The translations under genes were made by a program, and so were the position numbers. From NCBI GenBank assembly GCA_947475005.1, contig CANJLI010000004.1:1942-65941 (forward strand): a stretch of DNA of 64,000 nucleotides, given 5' to 3'. The notes under the pieces were generated by a model. It ran no database searches and was not told the origin of the DNA. It was given only the letters and a program-made list of their open reading frames with translations. This stretch comes from Deltaproteobacteria bacterium. Lineage in GTDB: Bacteria; Bdellovibrionota_B; Oligoflexia; Oligoflexales; Bog-1112. Shown here piece by piece: positions 44,436 to 52,494 of the stretch (position 1 is its first letter; every line of letters begins with the position of its first letter).

Positions 44436-46331
44436 ATGAAGTACCTACGAACGTTTTTCTACCCAGTTACATTGGGCGTAGTAGGGGCCACCCTGCTCAC
44501 TATGGGGTTTCTGCAACGATGGGCTGCAACAAAACAACAAGAAAAACAAGCGTTGGTTGCTCAAATTGCCCACAGCATCACTGACACCCAACTTCAACTC
44601 AGCAATCGACTTGCCAGTTTATATGCGCAATCCTCCCTTGCAGAAAGTTTTGCCTCCCAAGAAAAGCATGCCCTTGAAAAACTCATTGCTGATGCTGTTT
44701 CTCCGGGAGAATTGGATAAAATTGGTGTTTTCACCTCCAACTGCCAACCCTTTCTGTCAACCTCGCTTTCTTGCATCCCCAACGCACCCGCAACTTTTCG
44801 TTGGGCTTGGAGCGAAGAAGGTAAAGCTACCGTCACACTACAACGAAAAATTCAAGGGACAAGCAATGGGTGGTTGGTGGGACAAGTGGAACTCAGCCCT
44901 CGCTGGCAGCACATGCAATCCCTTTCAGACAAACAGTTACAATCTATACATGCACATCTCGGCATAGGAGCTGCAAGAGAAGAAAGTCTTCTATCTATCG
45001 GAAACGGTGGCATTGGGCTCTGGGTCACTCCCTCCATTGGGGATAAACTTTCAAGATTGTGGGTCACCAGCCACATCGATGCACCTGCCACCGGCATTCT
45101 CCTTCTCTTGTTTGTCTTACTCTTGGTAAAAATGAGTATTCGTTTTCGAAAAGAACAAAATCGACTCCGACAATTGCGAGGGCAATTCTTCCAATGGTGT
45201 CTTCACCTCGAACAAAACCCAAATACGCCATGGAAACTACCGCAAGCCATGCGAAATTGGAATCTTCGAGAGAAAATCCAAATTGAACAATCCGTGCGCT
45301 CCATCGGTATTGCTATGCAAGTGAATCATGAAAACATCGGAAAACTTATCGAACGCTGTGCCTCCCTGCACAAAGAACTGGCTCAAACCAAACTCGCATT
45401 GGAAAAGCGTAATATCCAACAAAAGCTACATGCCCAACACGTAGCCCTTTCTCATCAAGTACACGCATGTACTCTGCCTATCATGGAACGACTTGCAAGC
45501 TATGAAACAGCCAATCAAATCTTGCAAGAACGGATGGAGAAGGTCCTGAAAGAGGAGGCTGAGCCTCTTGTCAAAATCATCTCTTTTTGGAACCATTCGG
45601 TTCATAAATACGGTGCGCGAAAATTCGTTCGAATTTTGGACGAATCCCCCAGTGAAACTGATCCCAACCGCACCCTCCTAGAATCTCAACTCCTCCTCTT
45701 GCAAAAATCAAGCAACCAGGTCACCAAAGTCATCCTTCAATTTTTGTTAAACAAAAAGAAAATTCCGAACTTTGGAGCCACGGCACAATCTACACTTGCA
45801 TACTGGTACAGCCTCTCCCTCTCCGGCCGCATTCCCCAGGAACAAGAAATGCCTGCGACACATAGTGAAGCCCTCTCTCTTGCCCTCTTATTGCTCAAGC
45901 AACACGGAGAGGCGCGCTCTATTCAGATTGTCAATCACGCAAAAGAAGAGGTGATCGCACCCCAAATTCCCGGGTTTGTGTGGGTAGCCGCTTTGTTCTA
46001 TGCACTGGAAGCGCTCATGCAGCTTGCCAAACCCGGGGAGAAGGCCTCTGTTTTGTTTAATAAAAAAGAAGGGGAAGAAAAACACCACCTCTTATTTTCC
46101 ATTATGGATTATCAGCTGACCACCGGGCAGGAAAGACAACAAAAAGTAGAACCTTCACTCAAAAAAATGAACGCACTGCTCGCCCCTTTTGGCATCTCCT
46201 GTCACCTGATGCAAACTCTCGCAGGTATGTGCTCTCTATCTTTTAGCTGGCCACGGGAACAACTATCGGCCCAAGCTCTTTTTGACAAACCCACAACTGA
46301 CACCCCCCAAACAGAAAATTTTTCTGGGTAA
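44436..46331 (+). CDS. Membrane sensor-like protein, possibly a degenerate histidine kinase
   Basis: Two TM segments bracket a ~190-aa outer domain. It has an H-box-like VALSHQVHACTLPIMERL. The C-terminal region is collinear with an HATPase domain, but the N-box Asn and G-box Gly positions are replaced. Confidence 0.5.
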   Translation: MKYLRTFFYPVTLGVVGATLLTMGFLQRWAATKQQEKQALVAQIAHSITDTQLQLSNRLASLYAQSSLAESFASQEKHALEKLIADAVSPGELDKIGVFTSNCQPFLSTSLSCIPNAPATFRWAWSEEGKATVTLQRKIQGTSNGWLVGQVELSPRWQHMQSLSDKQLQSIHAHLGIGAAREESLLSIGNGGIGLWVTPSIGDKLSRLWVTSHIDAPATGILLLLFVLLLVKMSIRFRKEQNRLRQLRGQFFQWCLHLEQNPNTPWKLPQAMRNWNLREKIQIEQSVRSIGIAMQVNHENIGKLIERCASLHKELAQTKLALEKRNIQQKLHAQHVALSHQVHACTLPIMERLASYETANQILQERMEKVLKEEAEPLVKIISFWNHSVHKYGARKFVRILDESPSETDPNRTLLESQLLLLQKSSNQVTKVILQFLLNKKKIPNFGATAQSTLAYWYSLSLSGRIPQEQEMPATHSEALSLALLLLKQHGEARSIQIVNHAKEEVIAPQIPGFVWVAALFYALEALMQLAKPGEKASVLFNKKEGEEKHHLLFSIMDYQLTTGQERQQKVEPSLKKMNALLAPFGISCHLMQTLAGMCSLSFSWPREQLSAQALFDKPTTDTPQTENFSG

Positions 46332-46974
46332 CCATGGGGATCTGGTTCTTTTGTAACAACCGAGACAACTGATCAGGCGAATAGAACGAGGCTACGCTCA
46401 TGGGTAAATACCGATAGGCCGATGCATCGCTAAAAAGACCTCCTACCCGAGGCAAAATTCGATGGAAATAAAACTCAAAGAAACGAGACAATGCCCCCTG
46501 CGGGGTAAAAAATTCTAAAATCAATAAGGTGCCTTTTGGGCGCAATACCCGACGGAATTCTGCAAGGGCTTTTTCCTTGTCAATCACATTGCGCAATCCA
46601 AAAGAAATGCTCAGACAATCCACACTTGCATCTGCAAAAGGAAGTGATTCTGCACTGGCTTGTAAAAAAGTAGGCATCGATCCGATGGTCGTCTCCAAAT
46701 CCAATTTCTTGCGAGCCAACACGAGCATGTTCTCCGAAATGTCCACACCCACCCAGTTTGCATATTCAGCATGACACGCCTGTACGGCAACCAATACATC
46801 CCCCGTACCTGTGGCCACATCCACATAGGTACCCCCTGCGCAGGTAGGTACTTGTGCAGCAAGCGCTTGACGCCAGCGCACATCCTGTCGAAGGCTCAGG
46901 AGCCGATTAAGAAAATCGTAGTTGGGGGCAATGGTATTAAACATCTGCTGAATGTCAGATTCTGTATGACTCAA
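46243..46974 (-). CDS. ubiE: Demethylmenaquinone / ubiquinone C-methyltransferase UbiE/MenG
   Basis: It has the blocks FNTIAPNYDFLNRLLSLRQDVRWR and VDVATGTGD (SAM motif I), and a 4-nt overlap with the upstream gene. Confidence 0.9.
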   Translation of the reverse strand: MSHTESDIQQMFNTIAPNYDFLNRLLSLRQDVRWRQALAAQVPTCAGGTYVDVATGTGDVLVAVQACHAEYANWVGVDISENMLVLARKKLDLETTIGSMPTFLQASAESLPFADASVDCLSISFGLRNVIDKEKALAEFRRVLRPKGTLLILEFFTPQGALSRFFEFYFHRILPRVGGLFSDASAYRYLPMSVASFYSPDQLSRLLQKNQIPMVTQKNFLFGGCQLWVCQKELGPIVVPVAS

Positions 46975-48041
46975 GATTCTTCTCCATAGGATATGTGATG
47001 CATACGCGTTTCTAGATCTGAGGAAGCGAAAAGGTAAGAGTCTCCAAAATACTGCCCGGGTGTGAGCACCCCTTGGTGAGAGGCAACGGGCTGCATAACC
47101 AAGTCACACACCATCTTGATACTGAGCACGTCTCGCCCCTCCATCTCTACTTGCATACTGCGATACTGCCCCGCAGCACTTTCTGCACGACCGAAAACTC
47201 GAAGTGTGGCATAGGTAGCACCACTCCCTCGACTCTGGGCATAGGCACTTAAAAAACGTTGCAAAATACCATGCAAAAATGAGAACCGAGCCAACGCACA
47301 AATGACACGAACCATGCGCATATCCGTAGCTGCAAAGGCAACAAAGGTACTGATAAAAGGGATGCGAGTGGCTACCCAGACCGTCACCAAATCCACCAGG
47401 GGCACGCGACGCGCCACACTCCCTACCGAAGCACCTGCAGGTGCTGCCCACTCATCTCCTCTATATGCAGAAGAAAACCATTGGGTCCGAATGCGATTAT
47501 GGCTCCGAGCCTTTTGCCCACAAGCCAGAATGGAGAGATACGACAGCAAGGCCCCCTTGGTAACGGGAAAGTGAGATCCTACATAGGTAAGATCGAGAGA
47601 GGTGGTGTGTGGAAGTTGGCCTTTCAAATAACAAGCCATATATTCTGCAAGCAGCGCATAACTACTTACACCCGTAACGGCCCAACAGCCCTGATTTTTA
47701 AATGCAGAGGAAAAAGAAAATACACGCTGGCACCAGCTGTACTCCAAGGACAGGTCGATGTAGTGCACCTTTTTTTTTACACACGCAAGTAAAATGGCAG
47801 AAGTGCGAGAGGTGTAAGGGCCTGCACAATCTACAAAAACCCGAACCCCTTGCAGAAAGGGCAAAATCTCTTGTACCGCACGGACCTCAAAGATGCGGCA
47901 CGGCAATTGCTTTTCCCTGGCCCAAGCGAGTAACTGTCCACTTCTGCCTGCCAGTATCGGAGAAAATCCCCTGCTCAGAGCTTCCTCCAGCAAAGTTTTC
48001 CCCATGGATCCATTGGAGCCGTAGATCATCCAAGTTGGCAT
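46971..48041 (-). CDS. Saccharopine dehydrogenase-like NAD(P)-binding protein
   Basis: ORF 46971..48119, with the start set to ATG 48041 so that the Rossmann motif MIYGSNGSMGKTLL is N-terminal, as is usual for this family. Confidence 0.7.
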   Translation of the reverse strand: MPTWMIYGSNGSMGKTLLEEALSRGFSPILAGRSGQLLAWAREKQLPCRIFEVRAVQEILPFLQGVRVFVDCAGPYTSRTSAILLACVKKKVHYIDLSLEYSWCQRVFSFSSAFKNQGCWAVTGVSSYALLAEYMACYLKGQLPHTTSLDLTYVGSHFPVTKGALLSYLSILACGQKARSHNRIRTQWFSSAYRGDEWAAPAGASVGSVARRVPLVDLVTVWVATRIPFISTFVAFAATDMRMVRVICALARFSFLHGILQRFLSAYAQSRGSGATYATLRVFGRAESAAGQYRSMQVEMEGRDVLSIKMVCDLVMQPVASHQGVLTPGQYFGDSYLFASSDLETRMHHISYGEES

Positions 48042-48163
48042 GACAAGAAGCCCTGTCTCGTAAAAAATAAGTTGTGATACACTGGAGGCTACCAACGCAG
48101 TGATACACAATTTCGACAAAAAACTGAAATAAAAGATGTTATTCCCGCATAAAGGAAGTCACC

Positions 48164-48436
48164 GTGAAGGTGCTACATCTCCTGAAAAGAGCACTGATTA
48201 TCGTTGTAATTTGGGTTGCCAACCTGATGGCCATTCTGTACGCGGCACCCCAGGAAGGGGGAAATCCGCCAAGAATTTCCTCGCACCGCCGGTTCACTTT
48301 AACCTGGCCACAACCCAATAGCCAAATTGGCACAGGTGGTATATATCCATCTAAGTCAGGATTCGCCCCAAGAGGGGAAATCCCGAGTCACGTTACGGCC
48401 AGCCCGGTTGGGTATGGCTTTTTTAAGATCAAGTGA
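48164..48436 (+). CDS. Questionable 90-aa ORF (N-terminal TM helix, Pro/Gly-rich tail) in the greA leader region
   Basis: It has AAGGAAG-N5-GTG 48164, but its last 13 codons contain a terminator-like hairpin plus T-run. The region may instead be a noncoding leader. Confidence 0.3.
   Translation: MKVLHLLKRALIIVVIWVANLMAILYAAPQEGGNPPRISSHRRFTLTWPQPNSQIGTGGIYPSKSGFAPRGEIPSHVTASPVGYGFFKIK
48398..48424 (+). terminator. Terminator-like hairpin plus T6, 22 nt upstream of the greA start
   Basis: GCCAGCCC-GGTT-GGGTATGGC forms 8 bp with one bulge and is followed by TTTTTT. Confidence 0.45.
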
Positions 48437-48445
48437 GTACGAGCT

Positions 48446-48922
48446 ATGAATTTACAAACCGTTCCCTTCACACCAGAGGGATTTAACACCCTAACCGCAG
48501 AACTCGAGCGCCTCAAGAGCACCGAGCGCCCCCATGTCATTCAGGCCATTGCAGAAGCACGCGCCCATGGGGATTTAAAAGAAAATGCGGAATACCATGC
48601 AGCTCGTGAGAAGCAAGGGATGATCGAAGCCCGCATCTCCGACTTGGAAGACAAGCTTGCCAGAGCCCAGGTGATTGAACCCACCAGCGGCGCCTTGGAT
48701 ACCATCCGTTTTGGGGCATGGGTAGTCTTGATAGATGAAGAAACCGAAGAGCAGAAGAAGTATCGTATCGTGGGAGATCTCGAGGCCGATATCGACCGCA
48801 ATCTCCTGTCTGTGAGCTCCCCCATGGCCCGAGCGCTACTCGGGAAGAAAGAGCAAGACCTCGTGGAAATTCGAGCCCCTAAAGGGGTGAAAGAGTACTC
48901 CGTCCTGTCTGTGAGCTACTGA
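48446..48922 (+). CDS. greA: Transcription elongation factor GreA
   Basis: A 158-aa ORF with the coiled-coil block [20 protein letters not shown] and a C-terminal FKBP-like domain. Confidence 0.95.
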   Translation: MNLQTVPFTPEGFNTLTAELERLKSTERPHVIQAIAEARAHGDLKENAEYHAAREKQGMIEARISDLEDKLARAQVIEPTSGALDTIRFGAWVVLIDEETEEQKKYRIVGDLEADIDRNLLSVSSPMARALLGKKEQDLVEIRAPKGVKEYSVLSVSY

Positions 48923-48936
48923 GACCCGCTAGCCTC

Positions 48937-49067
48937 CGTCATCCCAAGGTCCCGAAGGGACCGTATGGGATCTAAGGGAAGGAGATCGGGTCCACCTACC
49001 GAATTAAGGCAGAGGGGGAATCCCCCTCTGCCTTAATTCGGTAGGTGGACCCGATCTCCTTCCCTTA
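48937..49067. repeat. A-family left half copy followed by a B-family long hairpin
   Basis: The half copy is CCGTCATCCCAAGG-TCCCGAAGGGA-CCGTATGGGATC (48937-48972). A 95-bp palindrome follows, TAAGGGAAGGAGATCGGGTCC...GGACCCGATCTCCTTCCCTTA (48973-49067). Confidence 0.9.
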
Positions 49068-49071
49068 AAAA

Positions 49072-50109
49072 CTACCAACGAAAGCGTTTTCGGGCCCAGA
49101 AAAATGCGAGGATTCCATAGAGAGCCAACAGCCCCAGCTGACTTTGCACCCCTTGCCAACTCTCCCCCTCTAGCGCAACACGACGCAACCCATCCACCAA
49201 GGCAGTAAGCGGCAAGAGCTGCGAAAGCTCCTGGCACCACAAGGGAAAATGCGTGCGAGAAAACCAAACCCCAGATAGCAACATCATGGGAAGCGTGAGC
49301 AAATTCACAAGACTGTTATACGCAGAGGTTTGGGTCATGCGTGCGCCGGCTGCAATGGCAAGTGCGGTGAAAGAGGCCGTTCCCACGATGCACAATCCAA
49401 AGAATGCGCTCCAAGAGCCTTGAACGCGAAATCCAAAAATTAAAAAACCTGCACTCAAAATCATCATCAGCTCCAAAGCCATGATGAACAAACGTCCAAT
49501 AAGATGAGACAGAATATATTCTTGGGGACGCACCGGCGTGGTTAAGAATCGCCGCAATAGATTCTCACGCCGATGAGAGACGAGGGTCATCCCCGTACCA
49601 AAGAGACTCGTGGTAAGAAGAGAGAAAGCAAGCAGCCCAGGCAGCAAGAAGTCAATGTAGCGACTCCCAGGCACCGACTCGGGACGCGCTTGGGAGATCA
49701 CCGGATTCGTACGACCAAAGGCCACTTGAATGGTGTCATCCACCCATCGACTCACGTGCTGTGCATCGGGGTGATGGTCATCGTAGTGGTAGAGAATGTG
49801 ATCATCAGCTGTAGGCTCGACAAAAATCCCTACCGTGCCTTTCCCGAGATTTTTACGCTGCTGAGAGACGTCGCCCGTTTGTACGGTGAAGTCCGGATTG
49901 CTCTCCAGACTCTTTTGCACGCGAGCCGCAAACTCTCCAGCACCGGGCACCCATCCGATGGCAGCGCGCGGGTGGGAATTGCCGGAGAAAGCCCCACCGA
50001 GGATCAGCATCCAAACCAAGGGCATGAACAGCACGAAAAAAAATGCCGAGGGCTCCCGGCGAAATTCGCGCATTCTGCCCTTTACCATCTCCACGAGCGC
50101 TTTACTCAT
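49072..50109 (-). CDS. ABC-2 type transporter permease
   Basis: A 345-aa ORF with six predicted TM segments, one N-terminal and the rest C-terminal, in ABC-2 topology. It overlaps the ATPase gene stop by 8 nt. Confidence 0.8.
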   Translation of the reverse strand: MSKALVEMVKGRMREFRREPSAFFFVLFMPLVWMLILGGAFSGNSHPRAAIGWVPGAGEFAARVQKSLESNPDFTVQTGDVSQQRKNLGKGTVGIFVEPTADDHILYHYDDHHPDAQHVSRWVDDTIQVAFGRTNPVISQARPESVPGSRYIDFLLPGLLAFSLLTTSLFGTGMTLVSHRRENLLRRFLTTPVRPQEYILSHLIGRLFIMALELMMILSAGFLIFGFRVQGSWSAFFGLCIVGTASFTALAIAAGARMTQTSAYNSLVNLLTLPMMLLSGVWFSRTHFPLWCQELSQLLPLTALVDGLRRVALEGESWQGVQSQLGLLALYGILAFFWARKRFRW

Positions 50110-51040
50110 CGCGAATCTTCCTTCCCGTTAGCTGTAAAAAAACATCTTCCAATCGGCTTTGTCGCAAGGTCACCGCCTGCACATTGCCTTTATGATGAGA
50201 CAAGAGCTGCTGTAGCAAAATTTCCAGTTTCTCGGGATCGCCAGCCGCAGAAATCCGCCCCGTAGCAAGATCCCCTTGCATCTTTAAGGTGGTAAACTCC
50301 GTCTGGAGCTGTGCCCATGTTGGCGCATCGAGATCACGCACCTGGGCATCGAGCTGGCTCTCCCTGCTATACTGAGAGATGAGCCCTTGGGGGGTTCCCG
50401 TAGCGATTAAAGACCCCTGATCGAGGATTAAAACCCGATCTGCAAGAAACTCCGCTTCCTCCAAGTAATGAGTGGCCAGTAAAATACCGCGCCCTTCTTT
50501 CTTGAGGCTTTGGATAAGATCCCACAGATAGCGCCGCGATTGGGGATCGAGGGAGGCAGTGGGTTCATCGAGGAATACCAGCTGTGGATTGTGCACCAGT
50601 GCGCAACCAAGGTACAGGCGTTGTTTTTGCCCCCCAGATAGTTTTTCCAGGCGCGTATCTGCCTTTTCCTGTAGGTTGAGTCGCGTTAAGAGCGCCTCTT
50701 CTTGTGTGGGGCCTCGATAGAAACTTGCAAAGAGCTGCAAGGTTTCTCGTACCGTATACTTCTTGTACAAGGTGCTTTCTTGGAGCTGTACCCCGATTTC
50801 TTCGAGAATATCGGCTTTGTGAGAAAAAAGGGAACGGCCCCCATACTCGATGGTGCCGCTATCTGGCTGTGTAAGTCCCACGAGCATTTCGATGAGGGTG
50901 GTTTTGCCAGCCCCATTGGGACCAAGGATTGCCACACATTCGCCCGGCTGCAGGGAGAAAGACAAGGGATGCAGCGCTTGCAAAGAGCCATACGCTTTGG
51001 CAAGATTTTCAACTTGCAATAAGGGAAGTCGTTTCGTCAT
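50102..51040 (-). CDS. ABC transporter ATP-binding protein
   Basis: It has Walker A GPNGAGKTT, the signature LSGGQKQRL and Walker B LVFLDEPT. Confidence 0.92.
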   Translation of the reverse strand: MTKRLPLLQVENLAKAYGSLQALHPLSFSLQPGECVAILGPNGAGKTTLIEMLVGLTQPDSGTIEYGGRSLFSHKADILEEIGVQLQESTLYKKYTVRETLQLFASFYRGPTQEEALLTRLNLQEKADTRLEKLSGGQKQRLYLGCALVHNPQLVFLDEPTASLDPQSRRYLWDLIQSLKKEGRGILLATHYLEEAEFLADRVLILDQGSLIATGTPQGLISQYSRESQLDAQVRDLDAPTWAQLQTEFTTLKMQGDLATGRISAAGDPEKLEILLQQLLSHHKGNVQAVTLRQSRLEDVFLQLTGRKIRDE

Positions 51041-52334
51041 GTTTCATTCTACCCAGTCCGGATTCGATTGCGTCATCGTAGGTGCAGGCATTTCCGGCAT
51101 CCTAACCGCAGCACGTTTACATCAGGCTACCCCGAGCCGCAAGATTCTACTCGTGGAAAAGGAGTCTCACATTGGGGGCCGCATAACAGCTCGCTCCCTT
51201 CATCAACGTCTCTTTCCCATTTTTGGGGTGACAGCACCACTCTTTCAATTCGTGAACCAAACCCTTCGATTGGATCCAGAAAATCCAGATTTGGAAAGTT
51301 TTATCCCATTGCCGCAAGAGGAAGAAGTAGGATTTTTCTGCGGAGGGGATCTATATCGACTTTCTCGCAAGCGATTGCTTCACGAATCTGTGCTCAAAAT
51401 GCTCGCAGGCCCCCAAGTGGCGCGCCAGTGGGATGAGCTCCAAACCTTGTGGCAGCCAGTGGAAAAGGAGGTAACGGAGGGCGAATCTGCACCAGCAGGG
51501 AGCAAGAAAAAGCTCAATGAAAAGAACCGAGCCCACCAAGCCTTGCATGTGCTTTTTCAACTCGCGGATTCTGCCAGCATTTGGGGACTGGCGGAAGAAA
51601 CGTGGCCTGCGCGGGCTCAAGCTCTGTGCGAGATCCGTATTCGCGGCAATTGGGAGCCAGCCCTGCAGCAATTGCTGCCAGCAGAGGGAGGCTCACTCCA
51701 AGTATCTCCCAACACCCATGTTTTGGGGGCAAAGCGCAAGGATGGCAAATGGATCTTGTCTACGAATCATGGTCCCATCGAGAGCCAAGGATTGATTGTG
51801 GCTCAGTCTCCCTGGCAAGCCCTCGAATGGCTCGATCGGGACGAATTCCCGAGTACGTTGTTTCAACGAGCGAGCAAAACCCAACCGGTGAGTACGGTGC
51901 TGCTCTCGGAAAAAATCACGCGTATGGATTCGAGTTTGCCATCTTTGCTTTTCATTCCCGCTCAAGCGGCTTCGGTGGTGAGCTCTGAAACCGAACTGGT
52001 TTTCTATACCCACATTGAATACGAAACCTCTCTCGATGCACCCTCTGTCGTGAAAGCGATTCGCAGATTGCGACGGGCTCGAGAAAAAGTCCGGCAAAAA
52101 TTCCCGAATTTGCTTTCTGAGGGAGAGTATGTAGCCTTGCGCACCATCGGCTCCACAGCGCCTCATCGACTGGCAGAGAAACGTATCTGTGAGAAAATCA
52201 AGGAGACTGTATTTCCCAAACAATCTCTCGCTTTTTGCGGAGATGCCTACGGAGATGCCGACAATCCCGATGAGAACCTCATTCGCTCCGTACTAGCTGC
52301 TGTAGCACTCCAAGCGACACCCCTCAGCTTCTAG
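51039..52334 (+). CDS. FAD/NAD(P)-dependent oxidoreductase (amine/protoporphyrinogen oxidase-like)
   Basis: ORF 50850..52334, with the start set to ATG 51039 (MFHSTQSGFDCVIVGAGISGILTAARL, an N-terminal dinucleotide fold). Confidence 0.75.
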   Translation: MFHSTQSGFDCVIVGAGISGILTAARLHQATPSRKILLVEKESHIGGRITARSLHQRLFPIFGVTAPLFQFVNQTLRLDPENPDLESFIPLPQEEEVGFFCGGDLYRLSRKRLLHESVLKMLAGPQVARQWDELQTLWQPVEKEVTEGESAPAGSKKKLNEKNRAHQALHVLFQLADSASIWGLAEETWPARAQALCEIRIRGNWEPALQQLLPAEGGSLQVSPNTHVLGAKRKDGKWILSTNHGPIESQGLIVAQSPWQALEWLDRDEFPSTLFQRASKTQPVSTVLLSEKITRMDSSLPSLLFIPAQAASVVSSETELVFYTHIEYETSLDAPSVVKAIRRLRRAREKVRQKFPNLLSEGEYVALRTIGSTAPHRLAEKRICEKIKETVFPKQSLAFCGDAYGDADNPDENLIRSVLAAVALQATPLSF

Positions 52335-52350
52335 GGGGCACTCCGTTTTG

Positions 52351-52447
52351 GGTATGAGATCGGGTCCACCTACCGAATTAAGGGAGCGGGGGAATCCCCC
52401 GCTCCCTTAATTCGGTAGGTGGACCCGATCTCATCCGATCTCATACC
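52351..52447. repeat. B-family long hairpin with duplicated right end
   Basis: GGTATGAGATCGGGTCCACCTACCGAATTAAGGGAGCGGGGGAATCCCCCGCTCCCTTAATTCGGTAGGTGGACCCGATCTCAT, followed by CCGATCTCATACC. Confidence 0.9.
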
Positions 52448-52494
52448 TAGATGATGCTATACTACAGGAAAGCCTTATAGGAAGGGCCCCCTCT

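Noticed and set aside
48150-48424. I tested the greA-upstream region by eye against SRP (4.5S) RNA, RNase P RNA, tmRNA and 6S RNA.
   Set aside because: I found no GGAA-tetraloop/AGCA SRP domain IV core, no GAGGAAAGUCC P4 motif and no tRNA-like 3-prime end with CCA. 6S RNA has no diagnostic primary sequence, so it cannot be called. I kept the region only as an ambiguous leader/sORF finding.
50850-51038. The 63-codon N-terminal extension of the FAD oxidoreductase ORF given in the ORF track.
   Set aside because: The extension is antisense to the Walker A region of the ABC ATPase and has a Cys/Pro/Arg-rich translation. ATG 51039 places the GxGxxG fold at the N-terminus, as expected.
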